From positions 448,001 to 512,000 of the forward strand of contig OY760907.1 in NCBI GenBank assembly GCA_963664195.1: a stretch of 64,000 bases of DNA. Direction: 5' to 3'. Within the stretch, counting starts at the first letter, position 1. Every line of letters begins with the position of its first letter. Below are positions 47,801 through 57,130 of the stretch, in pieces. The notes below the pieces were generated by a model. That model made no database searches and was not told the DNA's origin. It saw only the letters and a program-made list of their open reading frames with translations. The DNA comes from an uncultured candidate division Zixibacteria bacterium (GTDB lineage: Bacteria; Zixibacteria; MSB-5A5; GN15; FEB-12). The translations under genes and the position numbers were made by a program.

Positions 47801-48351
47801 TCCGGCCCACCAGTGCTTTCGATTGAAACGCCCCCGCCATTCACAGCCTGATTGTCACGTATCAGACAGCGAATGAAGACGGAGTTCGACCTCCGCGCTC
47901 GAATCGCGCCGCCCCAGTAACCGTAGTTGTTCTCGAAAACACAGTTTTCGAACGATGGGGAGCTGGTATCAAGATAGGCGCCGCCACCTCCCTCATAGTC
48001 TCTTCCGCGATAGCCGCCACGAATAGTCAGACCAACTATCTTGGTGTCCGGACCTTCTCCGTTGTGAATGTGGAATACGTGATGCCTGTCCTCCTCTGTA
48101 GCCTGGGCATCTATGATGCACGATTCGGGACCGTTCTCGGACATCAGGACGACGGCCTTGCCGTGGAAATCGATATCTCGATTCTCGTTGCCGGCACCCC
48201 TATAGATCCCGTCGGCAACGAGCACCGTGTCACCGGCTGAAGCAGAGTCGATTCCGGCCTGAATCGTCGGTTGGTCGGCAGGCACCTGCACAGTGTTGGC
48301 ACCAAGCGATGACACTGCAAACACCAGATACGCGAGTACGTATCTTACCAA
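44821..48351 (-). CDS. Secreted multidomain protein: two right-handed beta-helix modules, Fn3-like domain, PQQ-type beta-propeller, T9SS/FlgD-like C-terminal domain
   Basis: Signal peptide; duplicated TIQ...GDT.L...G.Y.G.GNRD module; WSQYQYDSKHTGY and repeated D..TGE.LW blades; QNFPNPFNPSTTIRY...YNILGQ...WDG...GVYFYRL...KMLLLK. Confidence 0.85.
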   Translation of the reverse strand: MVRYVLAYLVFAVSSLGANTVQVPADQPTIQAGIDSASAGDTVLVADGIYRGAGNENRDIDFHGKAVVLMSENGPESCIIDAQATEEDRHHVFHIHNGEGPDTKIVGLTIRGGYRGRDYEGGGGAYLDTSSPSFENCVFENNYGYWGGAIRARRSNSVFIRCLIRDNQAVNGGGVSIESTGGPEFVNCTMIANRADSGAGAVHVRYWSYDTKLTRCLIAFNLGAPGITANLPSIVCSNIHGNPEGNYIGESGVFLGQDGNISVNPRLCDWALGRYDLDSLSPCLPANSEYGQLIGRDSGTCAPGGRVWHVRADGSGDATTIQDAVNAAHHGDTILLASGTYTGDGNRDLNLWGKILTIQSAEGSRSCIIDAGGSENEPHRAFHFRYGEGPSTEIVGLTLRGGYHGAVNEGGGAVYLDGSSPAIEDCSFEENYAYFGGSVYARESNSVLSRCVIFDNQAVYGGGVSCEGDAGPEFINCDIVANDADSGAGGVYILDEESDAELTRCNVTYNLGVQALGGCVPSVTCCNIFGNPRGNFIGEFAGLLGQNGNVSVDPRFCDLDNGDTHLNFDSPCLPDHNSCGMIGALGTGCTEVVWPLAGRPRLSGDLPAYIVRTLTPNLEWDYWDTACTGQEYFEVEIGTDQDWTYAEMWDSSPIRSAATTVQYAGAPLADRSVYYLRVRLANEHGWGDWTEQYFSTRLLPEGEISSNWSQYQYDSKHTGYNPGTKITMPLQLKWQQRVFPSNLNPITATEEYVMASPGEGPSTLPNVFSCLDSETGETLWADSVGWVSSTPQPSTAYGLWYQQIIDGAASRIVAYDVETGDTAWICPFRSQLIEGLKSPTVYGDRLVFPSEMYGGFSVADIHTGERLWAHGAGRQDAWTPAVYNDSIYIYFTNLLWTCDLSKDELGWDLRDTLPPCEGGPPVHVYFAGTAPVIDSCLNFLYILEMFQIQAIDLETGEIAWRNCGHFRTYGRSQSPVVCDGLLLVRESGRLVCYDAFTGEELWDYRAPTPIVSQPIAIDGHAFVGTEEATYAVDLNTHDAVWSYPVVGSVTAAGDKVYVSTVDGWIHAFGQVSSDVGEAEQPLLPVSMELCQNFPNPFNPSTTIRYALPKRSHVRLTVYNILGQEVAELINSAKTAGEHVAIWDGHDAKHRSVSTGVYFYRLQAGDHSVTRKMLLLK

Positions 48352-48437
48352 AGCACTATCCTTCCACCGAAGCCACCAGCCTGCCGTGACTTGAGAACTG
48401 AACTCAGTGTGTGCCGCATATCCACACCGGCTCTCGG

Positions 48438-48881
48438 CTATGGCTCTTCATCGAGTTGCACAACGATCGAGTCCACGGCCGGTCCTTGGCGCCAGAGGGT
48501 CTCCGGGTCGTATCTCATTAGATATGCAACGAGTTTCACACGAGAAGAATCAAGGAACTCAATCGTAGCCAAATCTCCTTTCCGCGTCACCCACAGCGTT
48601 GTAGTATCCTTGGTTGAAGTGCTCTGACCTATTCGGCAGAATCGAAGCGTGTTCGATTCTTCTGTTCTGCTATGATACGAGTAGGCTTCAATCTCATATC
48701 GATCATTGCTGGCACGAGCCACAACCTCTGGCCGTGTTGGTGGCGCTATCCACATCCAACTCAGAAAGAGAACCACCGGCAAGGCCACGATCACACCGAC
48801 GACTGCCAAGAGGAGTATCTTGGCGATACGACGCAGACCGAAGCGTCTGTGTTTCGACTGCCCTGTAGTAGTGTCGTTCAT
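48438..48881 (-). CDS. Membrane-anchored hypothetical protein, candidate immunity protein
   Basis: ATG overlaps the RHS stop (ATGA, 48878-48881); basic N-terminus followed by one TM helix. Confidence 0.6.
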   Translation of the reverse strand: MNDTTTGQSKHRRFGLRRIAKILLLAVVGVIVALPVVLFLSWMWIAPPTRPEVVARASNDRYEIEAYSYHSRTEESNTLRFCRIGQSTSTKDTTTLWVTRKGDLATIEFLDSSRVKLVAYLMRYDPETLWRQGPAVDSIVVQLDEEP

Positions 48882-51800
48882 CGCGGAACGGTACCCAACC
48901 GATTGTATTCGTCGCGCTGCAAGGCACCCCGATTCACGAAATAGGCCCCTCGAGTGTCGTCGCCCCAGGTCCTGAAGTTTCCAAACCATCTTGCCGTGGC
49001 ATAGGCCCAAGGATACGCAGGTACGGTCAATCCCCAGGGCGAGGAGCGTTTAAGGTCGCTGCCAAATTGGACCACTCCCCCTCCGAACTTCATTGTGGAA
49101 AGACCCCACTTGTGGCCCTCAGCGTACGCGCCAAACACGAGATTCCCGAGGTCTTGAGACAAGTATACTTCGCCGTGTACCCGATAGTAGCGGTCCGTTT
49201 TGAATGGTGCTTGTGTCTTTATGTCGCAAGGTGCTCTGTCCCCGAATGTGGCCTTCAGCTCGCCCATCCCCATGTTAGGATCTTGTGAAATGCAATCGCA
49301 TACGTACATATTGTAAGCCCGGCTCGCGTCGGTTATCACCGACTGTACCTCTGGATCAACGACTTCTCCCTTGGCGTCCACCAAGACCTCAGCGAAGTAC
49401 TCTCCTCCTGCCGCTTCACCGTCCGCATTATCTTCGAAGTATTCAAGATCCTTATTGGGCATCTTGTACCAGTCTGTCCACATAGGACCCCGTTGGTATT
49501 CACCCTCGCCGGGGACTCCATTGAAATCAAACCCGGAATTCGCTCCTAAGCCATTCCGGAACTTCCTGAGATCAGTCCTCATCCGCCGCATGATGTCCTT
49601 GTACGCCCAACTCATCACTGCCTGCCGACCTAGATCGATCGCGAAACCTCTGAAATGCGCAGCCATATTGTCCCTGTCTATTATACTCGCCGCTGCTAGA
49701 TTCGCTCCGGCCTGGTGCACAGGATTCGAGATGTTGGCTCCTATGACGGCACCGGCGACTCTCAATGCGAACGACTTTCGCATGTCGCTTCGAGACATGT
49801 CGCACATATTCTCGCCCATATCGTTTAGTCCCTTGACCGTCATATAGAGACCAGCCGCATTGATAAGCCCTGACACAAACAGACCTACCGCAAAGTTTCC
49901 GTCGGGATCGATGTTCTGTAGAGGATTGTTCCCCACGTAGCAATAACCACCGGCGAACTGGCCGGCCATGTCTACACTGGAGAAAGAGCCTCTTGATGCA
50001 TCATAGTAGCGCGCTCCGAAATAGTCAAGACCGAAGCTGGAATGGTCGTCCCGCTCTTTGCCCGAGAACTGGAATGAAGTCGGGTGTGTACCTGACTGCG
50101 TTAGAATCTCACCATACGGATGATAGTGGAAGTACTCCTTCACGCGCGGAGCCGCCCCGTCCAGGGCATGAATCAGCACGCGAGCGGACCCAAGATGATC
50201 GTTGAGGTGATAATGCAGGCTGTTGTCATCGTTGTACTTATACGATGCCACCCTCCCGCTGGGACCGTTCACGAATAGCTCCAGTACATCATCATTCTCG
50301 TCAAAAGTCGCGAGCAGCACGCCGTTGTCGTAGAGGTACAGAGTTTCCGACGAGTCTGGATACGGGCAGTCACCTGAGCTCATCATTGACATGGTGCCCA
50401 TTAGTCCTCCCGGACCATCCAGGATCAGAGTATCGCCGGTCGGAGGCAGAGTATCACAAGCATCCATGTAGTGATAGAAGTACTGCTTCTTGATCCTCTG
50501 ACCGCCCTGATCGTAAGTCATGATGAGTTGATCCGAGGCAGACGGCCACGCTTCAGACACCATGTTGACAGTATCCAACAGATTGCGGAAGTCATACGTC
50601 ATGGCGAAGATGTTTCTTGACAGATCTGAAGTCATGTTGCCGCATGCATCATAGGTCAACTCAACACCTGTTGGCATGCTTGAAGTACTCAACAACCTGG
50701 CTGAGCCAGGACTCGTGGCGTAACTATACGTTTCGGGAATTCCGAACTGCCCCTTGGTTTCTGAATGGCGCATGCCGAACTTGTTGTACGCGTACTTACG
50801 AGTGTAGCGGTCGTCGTTGTCGTGAGTCGCATTCGTGAGCCACCCTCGATCGTCAATACGGTACTCGTACTTGTGCTGAACGGCGGACTTCCGTGAGGAA
50901 CTGGTGCTGGCCATCTTGTAGAGACGGCCGTTGAAATACCCACCTGTACTATCATGCAGAACCAGACACTCCCCGAAGTGATCGTTGTCGTTGCCGTTCT
51001 CGACCCCCAAAGAATCGTAAGATGTAACCACGGAATTATCAATGTCTGAGTCGTTTATCCCGATTAGCCTTCCGAGAGGATCATAAATGTAGTCGACCTT
51101 CTGCACGGTATCATGAACCGCCGGTATCACATACTCATCATCGCTTATTCCTAACAACGTTGAAGTAATGGCCCCGGTGACATTGTAGGAATACTCAGCA
51201 TGCCTGAGCGTCTTCAGCGGATGTGAATCATCCGACTCGTTATCGATACCCTTGAGCCTGCCCAGGTCATCGTAGACGTACTCAAAGCACCTTCGTCCGG
51301 CGGTCGTGTCGACGGACCAATAAGGGTATACGACCAGACTCTCCAAACTGCCGTTTCTTGCGTACTTGTGACGCACCGCTTTGACCGCGCTTCCGAAACT
51401 CGGGAGTTTGACTTCCATCAAGTCCTCGAACTGCTGGGGGTAATAATAGAAGTTCTTGTAGTAGCTTTGGTCACCGCTCTCCACACGCAGCAGTTTTCCG
51501 GGAGCAGAGACGGTATCGTACACGTCATAGAACCATCGATACTGCACATCAATTGGGTGCCCCGGAAGCGGAAACCGCTCCAGACTGGCGAAGTACTCGC
51601 CGAAATAGACTATGAACTGTTCCTGCACGTCACACAATCCCTGCTCAATCAGCCTGCCTAGGAGGTCATACTTGTTGTACGTGAATTCCCCTCGTTCAGC
51701 CTGCAGATCGGTCTGCACAAACCGTGTCCGTCCTGCTTTGTCATAGAACATCCTGGTTTTGCCAAGATCGACTGCATATGTACTATCTACCGATCCATCG

Positions 51801-54800
51801 TTGTTCGTCCACGTTTCTCTGAGTGTAATCTCCGATGAACCGGTGTGAGCAGTGTCAATGCAGGTCCTGGAGTGGGCCAAGACGGGATCTACATAGGAGA
51901 TCGTGGTGGTCGAATCCATGATAGAGCCGACTTTGAAGTGCGACACCTTCTTGCTGTACTCCCCCCTGACATGCTGCTTCGTCACAGTCCTGATGCTGTC
52001 GGCGTCGTATGACGTTGCGACGAGCAACGTGTCGTTTCCGATGACGGCGAGGTCGCGCTCAAACTCCGACGTGTGCCCCGAGCCCAAAGCGTAAGTGGGA
52101 CTGGGACCGGATGTTCTTCTCAGTGTCTGCTTCACGTCCGAGAAATCGTATTCGCTTTCGGAGTAAGGCACTCCGTCCATGTCAACCGCGTGGGTCCCGT
52201 CATAATAGGCGATGGCTTCCGTAAGAATATTATCTCTGTCCGTAATATCCATAGCCCCATTTGAGCCCACAACATCCTCATACGGAAGATAGGATTTGGT
52301 AACGCGCCCTCTGGCATCACGGTCGGCCACGCCCGATACAATGGCGTTGGTCTGATCGTTGACGGCCGACGTTCTTGCCTGCATCAATCGATCCATACCG
52401 TCGGCGTACTGAACGCTCGTAACACCATCAGTATCGGCCATGTAGGAAGTAGCTTTGACATAGTTCGGCGATTCAATGTCAAATGTCTTTCGCGGCGGAC
52501 TAACGCTATTCCGATCCTGAACGCCTACGAATTTCACGTACGCGTCCGCTCGATAACCATACAGAGAAATGGTCGCCATCTGTCCAGAGTCGATCCAGAT
52601 GTGACCCGTGGTCCAATAGCTCGTGTCCGGGCAGTCCGTGCACGAGAAGGCAACCGCTGTGTCGGGTGTGGAAATAGACAGACTCACGTTTGGTGACTGC
52701 GTGGGTACATCGCGCTCATAGCCTAGCTTGTAGTAGAGCCATTGCCCTTTCGTCACGGGAATGTACCAGGGGCTTCCCGCAACATCATCGTGGTACTCTT
52801 TGCTCACGTATCCATCTTCCATCCGGTAGGCCTCTGCCTTGACCACACCCAGACCACCAACCGACTCGGTTTTCAGTTCCATCACGGTCGTCACCGGTAC
52901 CAAAGGCATTGTCCCCCCCGGATTCAGAAAACCAAATACCCTGCCGCTGCGGATATTGGGATCAGACCCTTCAAGGACGACTGTGTCTGCACCGCAAACC
53001 ATCTGTGCAGAGTAGTCAGCGGATGTGTCTATTCTTTCGTACGAAAGGTCGTAGAAGAACGGATTCCACACATCGGAGCTGAACGTCACCGAGTCCGAAC
53101 CTAGATCGGTCTCACTATACAAGTCAATGATATCGTCACGTGAATAGTGTCGCGATTTCTCGCTGAGAGTCTGACCGAGATGGTTTGTCGTTCTCGTTAA
53201 TCGATTGAAGGAATCGTACTCATATGATACGGGGACATTGTCTGCGCCGGATTTGGACAGAAGGAGCCCAGTTGCTCGATCGTACACCGAGGTTGCAACC
53301 GAAGCCGCCGCAGGAACCAGGCGCACATCATCGAAATACGCAACCACGTTGTCAGAGTAGATGTTATAGAACCCTAGACTGACAACCACGCTATCAGCAC
53401 CATTGCAGAAATCGCCACTAATCGGCAGTCTTATGTTTGACCACGAATCCCATGTCGCTGCCGCCGTGACCTCCTTGTACAACGTGTCTCTCGCCGATCC
53501 TCCGACATACGATACCACCTGGGAGTACGGGGTGCAATCAGACTTCACCCAGTAACTCAGAGAGTATGACGCATCGCTTAGATGCTGTGTATCTACTTTC
53601 AGGTGCAAACACTCGGTATACTGCTGGCCCTGAACGCCAGTTACCTCAAATGAATATCTCCCCGAAAAGACCATTGAGTCGACAATGACTCCGCTGGTTC
53701 CGGCTAGAGAGTTCCACTCCCCCCAACCGATCCCGCTGACGTCGTCGCCGGTCTCGGCATCGAAAAGGAACACGCCCTGCCCGTCGGCATGGACCATCGA
53801 GGCGACTTGATAGTGTTGGTCACCGTCAAACACCACTTTCACGACACGCCCTTCTACATCCTTCCATACGCGCGCGACACCGCGTGAAGTCGAGGAATCG
53901 ACATCGCGCGTGCATTCCTCTGTCGTTGGGTCCGCGGGGTCTCGCCATCTGTAGATTCTCCCCTTTTTCGTTCTGGTGTCCCACTGATTTCTCAGACGTC
54001 CAAGCCACCTGACCGTGTCGGTTCCATCCAAGATGAAGGACTTGCTCAACTCGACATGATCGCCGGGGAGATTCGGGAACCCCCCGAAGTCAGCATAGGA
54101 TGTGACATCCACCTGAACAAGATTGTCCCAGAGTGGTTTTCTCGCTTCAACCACACGCCCGTGCTCATCATATGAGTAGCTAACCGAAGACGTTAATCCG
54201 TCAGAAACGCTGGTTACGGCGCTGACAAGCACTCGAGGTGAGGCATCATCGTGAGTGCTATACTCCTGCAAGAACACAGACGAACGAGTCTGTTCAAGAC
54301 GGGGGTCAGTATAGTTGTCAGTGGAGTCAAGGTAACCGTCAATGGTCGGTAGCACGGTATCAACAAAAGACAGATAGGCTGTGCCATCGAGCATGTAACC
54401 TCCCTTTGGCACGTGGAACGCAGTATCTTCCAGATCCGGGAGCACAAGCTTTGCGGTATTGAACCTACTGGTGTCAATGTCGTCATCCAAATCATTGTAG
54501 AAACAGCTTGTTGAATAGACCCGTGAATCCTCGGTTTCGCCGATGAAAAAAGGCGACGATACCGTAGTTCGAGCGAAGCGAGGAGTGCTCGAAGACTCGT
54601 CAAGGATACCGCCTCCATACTCATATTCGGTTACAATAGTGTCTCTGGAGTTGGCCCCTTCCGGCAAAACCCTCACTTTGTCTACCACCGTAAGTCCCGG
54701 CTGGGACACCCACTCTCCCCGATGGTACTGGAATGCAGCAAGACCGTTGCCAGGCATGTCAAGGTAGACTCGCCCATTGTATGCACTCCATTTGTTGTAT

Positions 54801-56344
54801 GCTGGGAACCTCCACCTATCGAACGGACCATATATAACGGTGTCGAGCTTGACGTTCATTCCTGCATAGAGTCCCCCAATCCACTTAGTATCCCACTCCC
54901 GCAAACGAGCATTCCATCCAAAAAGTGCCTGTCTCGGATGAAAGACCCCGCTATCTTGCGTTCCGGCACAGGCAACAACTCCGCCAGCTGCATCGAAATC
55001 GAAGTAATCCATTTCACTGAAATGATGCAGGGAAAGATTTTGTTTCCAGATCCAAAGGCCTGTTGTTAGAGTATCAAGATCGCTCCAAGTGTTTCCACCT
55101 AGGTGCCGTCTAGCCACGAGCGTGCCACCATGTTTCGACCAGACAGCACAAATCTCTTCGCTGGCAGCAACCTGAATCGCCCACCCGGTCGGCATCGTAC
55201 AGATGGTAGACACATCCAAGCCGGTGCCCGCCCAGTCATACATCTTCACACTATATCCCGTCCTAACGGCGAATTTGTTTCCCCCCGCTGGATACAGCCG
55301 AATGTTTGGTGCTGTGATCGGACTACTGAACTCCGTCGTGAAACAGTCAACATGATCCCTCGGCAGAACAGCAACCTTGGCTGAAGTCCCGTCTGTCATA
55401 TACACGATTCCCGATTCCAGGCTAGCAAGTTGTTTGAGATCGCCACCAGTGTTGTGTACAGTCTGATAGTCCCAATATCCAGTCCAACCGGTGTCCGACG
55501 CCACCTCAATCACAATGTTGGAGGTACCCTTCATGCCAAACGCCACATAGTCGAGACCAACCGTGTACATTAGATCCAGCTTGAATGGATAGAGACCGCC
55601 GTAGTAGTTAACCGATGACCAATGGAACAAAGAGTCTCCCACTGGGGAGTCCCCCGACGAGCCAGGGACATAGTCAAAGAACTCGACCCATCTGCCCAAG
55701 TAACTATCCCCAGCTGTGTTGTAAGCATGAAACTCAATAGCAAAAAGGTCGATGCCCGTGGTAATGCTTGACAGTTTGCGCCGATTGGGATGGTCAGCAT
55801 ACTTGATATTGATTGGGAAGTCTCTCCAGCCGCCTGGTGTCTTCTTGATGAAGTATCCCGCAGTGACTATGCTATCGCCTTGCCGAGCCAGCGCAACGAT
55901 GAAGTCATTGCCAGCCTTCATGCTCACACCGGATCGAAAGTACTCCGGCAGGACAACAGTATCTCTAGTCCACGCTCCTCCTTGCCAATGGAAGACAATC
56001 ATTGTGGAGAGAGTATCTGAACCCTCAACGCGGTGGTGTTGCAGCGCCACCCAATCGTCGCCTGCGATGATGGCCGTGTCTTGCCTTAGAGTGGAGACAT
56101 CTGAGAGTGTTCGTACATCCCAGAAGCCATTCCATGCCCCAATATCGAAGCTATAGTGGCTATCACCCTCCAGCTTGTACTTGGAAACGAAGACATCTCG
56201 CGAGTAGGAGTGCATAGGACTTTCGGAATAACTTCTTTCCTCGTAGTAATTCAAGTCAGAGACACCGACGATTTCTGCGTAGTCAATCTCTACCCTCTTG
56301 CCTTCTGCGTAAGTCACCGCACATACCGCCCCTTTGTGCAACAA
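48878..56344 (-). CDS. Giant RHS/YD-repeat polymorphic toxin with Ntox44-like C-terminal domain; true 5' end disrupted
   Basis: YD repeats (YDLLGRL, YDDLGRL, YDPLGRL), core NDHLGSAR...YHPYG...FSGKERD...DYFGARYYD...NNPLQNIDPDG; tip with DIK...GNLVFGAY...WGDD. The frame is open to about 56497 without a good start. Confidence 0.88.
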   Translation of the reverse strand: MLHKGAVCAVTYAEGKRVEIDYAEIVGVSDLNYYEERSYSESPMHSYSRDVFVSKYKLEGDSHYSFDIGAWNGFWDVRTLSDVSTLRQDTAIIAGDDWVALQHHRVEGSDTLSTMIVFHWQGGAWTRDTVVLPEYFRSGVSMKAGNDFIVALARQGDSIVTAGYFIKKTPGGWRDFPINIKYADHPNRRKLSSITTGIDLFAIEFHAYNTAGDSYLGRWVEFFDYVPGSSGDSPVGDSLFHWSSVNYYGGLYPFKLDLMYTVGLDYVAFGMKGTSNIVIEVASDTGWTGYWDYQTVHNTGGDLKQLASLESGIVYMTDGTSAKVAVLPRDHVDCFTTEFSSPITAPNIRLYPAGGNKFAVRTGYSVKMYDWAGTGLDVSTICTMPTGWAIQVAASEEICAVWSKHGGTLVARRHLGGNTWSDLDTLTTGLWIWKQNLSLHHFSEMDYFDFDAAGGVVACAGTQDSGVFHPRQALFGWNARLREWDTKWIGGLYAGMNVKLDTVIYGPFDRWRFPAYNKWSAYNGRVYLDMPGNGLAAFQYHRGEWVSQPGLTVVDKVRVLPEGANSRDTIVTEYEYGGGILDESSSTPRFARTTVSSPFFIGETEDSRVYSTSCFYNDLDDDIDTSRFNTAKLVLPDLEDTAFHVPKGGYMLDGTAYLSFVDTVLPTIDGYLDSTDNYTDPRLEQTRSSVFLQEYSTHDDASPRVLVSAVTSVSDGLTSSVSYSYDEHGRVVEARKPLWDNLVQVDVTSYADFGGFPNLPGDHVELSKSFILDGTDTVRWLGRLRNQWDTRTKKGRIYRWRDPADPTTEECTRDVDSSTSRGVARVWKDVEGRVVKVVFDGDQHYQVASMVHADGQGVFLFDAETGDDVSGIGWGEWNSLAGTSGVIVDSMVFSGRYSFEVTGVQGQQYTECLHLKVDTQHLSDASYSLSYWVKSDCTPYSQVVSYVGGSARDTLYKEVTAAATWDSWSNIRLPISGDFCNGADSVVVSLGFYNIYSDNVVAYFDDVRLVPAAASVATSVYDRATGLLLSKSGADNVPVSYEYDSFNRLTRTTNHLGQTLSEKSRHYSRDDIIDLYSETDLGSDSVTFSSDVWNPFFYDLSYERIDTSADYSAQMVCGADTVVLEGSDPNIRSGRVFGFLNPGGTMPLVPVTTVMELKTESVGGLGVVKAEAYRMEDGYVSKEYHDDVAGSPWYIPVTKGQWLYYKLGYERDVPTQSPNVSLSISTPDTAVAFSCTDCPDTSYWTTGHIWIDSGQMATISLYGYRADAYVKFVGVQDRNSVSPPRKTFDIESPNYVKATSYMADTDGVTSVQYADGMDRLMQARTSAVNDQTNAIVSGVADRDARGRVTKSYLPYEDVVGSNGAMDITDRDNILTEAIAYYDGTHAVDMDGVPYSESEYDFSDVKQTLRRTSGPSPTYALGSGHTSEFERDLAVIGNDTLLVATSYDADSIRTVTKQHVRGEYSKKVSHFKVGSIMDSTTTISYVDPVLAHSRTCIDTAHTGSSEITLRETWTNNDGSVDSTYAVDLGKTRMFYDKAGRTRFVQTDLQAERGEFTYNKYDLLGRLIEQGLCDVQEQFIVYFGEYFASLERFPLPGHPIDVQYRWFYDVYDTVSAPGKLLRVESGDQSYYKNFYYYPQQFEDLMEVKLPSFGSAVKAVRHKYARNGSLESLVVYPYWSVDTTAGRRCFEYVYDDLGRLKGIDNESDDSHPLKTLRHAEYSYNVTGAITSTLLGISDDEYVIPAVHDTVQKVDYIYDPLGRLIGINDSDIDNSVVTSYDSLGVENGNDNDHFGECLVLHDSTGGYFNGRLYKMASTSSSRKSAVQHKYEYRIDDRGWLTNATHDNDDRYTRKYAYNKFGMRHSETKGQFGIPETYSYATSPGSARLLSTSSMPTGVELTYDACGNMTSDLSRNIFAMTYDFRNLLDTVNMVSEAWPSASDQLIMTYDQGGQRIKKQYFYHYMDACDTLPPTGDTLILDGPGGLMGTMSMMSSGDCPYPDSSETLYLYDNGVLLATFDENDDVLELFVNGPSGRVASYKYNDDNSLHYHLNDHLGSARVLIHALDGAAPRVKEYFHYHPYGEILTQSGTHPTSFQFSGKERDDHSSFGLDYFGARYYDASRGSFSSVDMAGQFAGGYCYVGNNPLQNIDPDGNFAVGLFVSGLINAAGLYMTVKGLNDMGENMCDMSRSDMRKSFALRVAGAVIGANISNPVHQAGANLAAASIIDRDNMAAHFRGFAIDLGRQAVMSWAYKDIMRRMRTDLRKFRNGLGANSGFDFNGVPGEGEYQRGPMWTDWYKMPNKDLEYFEDNADGEAAGGEYFAEVLVDAKGEVVDPEVQSVITDASRAYNMYVCDCISQDPNMGMGELKATFGDRAPCDIKTQAPFKTDRYYRVHGEVYLSQDLGNLVFGAYAEGHKWGLSTMKFGGGVVQFGSDLKRSSPWGLTVPAYPWAYATARWFGNFRTWGDDTRGAYFVNRGALQRDEYNRLGTVPR

Positions 56345-56610
56345 GCTGTCGTCAGTGTAGTAGTCGAATGTGAGAGAGGGAAGACGGTTTTCTCCAGACG
56401 CATCGCAGGAGATGATACGCCTAAGAAGTAGTTTCGCCCAATTACCCCACTGCTGCCCTCTTCCGCCCGGGGTGACGTCTGCCCCATGTAATCGAGCTCA
56501 CCGGCAAATGCGGCCACTCCGAGAATGCAAAGGCAACAGAGCAAAGCTATCAGTGATGAAGCGCGCTTCAACAGTACGCCGCTACGCAGAATAGATTCAG
56601 TTCGATACAC
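56314..56610 (-). pseudogene. Signal-peptide-bearing 5' fragment, probably the original RHS N-terminus, now out of frame
   Basis: AAGGAG RBS plus GTG at 56610; KRASSLIALLCCLCILGVAAFA-GELD signal peptide; overlaps the RHS frame in a different phase. Confidence 0.6.
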
Positions 56611-56953
56611 TTGGAGTCTCCTTATAAACAAACAGACGTGATTTCTTGGTTGGAGAATCGCTACACAGCGTGATCCTCATCGCGATTGGACATGTGTGGT
56701 AACAATGCGACAGGTGGCGGCGGGCCATACAAAGAGCAAGCCTGAAGGCAGCATTGACAGTCAGATGGAGAGCTGCGCTGAAGTCGTACTTCGGGCTAGT
56801 TGTCGCGTTCAAGTGTCCTCCCACAGCCCCCTGCGATAAAATGGAGTATCGTGAAGACCTTCCACAGCCTTCACATTCCATCAATAGCGACCTGCCACAC
56901 ACTTGTCAAGTACAAACGTGACATCACAGCCCATTTTGCATGCGAGGTGATTG

Positions 56954-56984
56954 TCACTCACTGTCAGAAACTGACAGTGAGTGA
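56954..56984. repeat. Perfect 14-bp inverted repeat
   Basis: TCACTCACTGTCAG-aaa-CTGACAGTGAGTGA. Confidence 0.9.
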
Positions 56985-57130
56985 TAGTTATGTCAGTCCA
57001 TTATAACACGTTACGCAGATTCACACATTTGATCGTATTCTCAGTGTTTTTTGGGGAGCGGACGAGCCGGTGCCAGGATCAACAAGCACTCTTGCGTGAA
57101 TCTGTACCAAGGCTCGCCCCTGAGAAGAGA

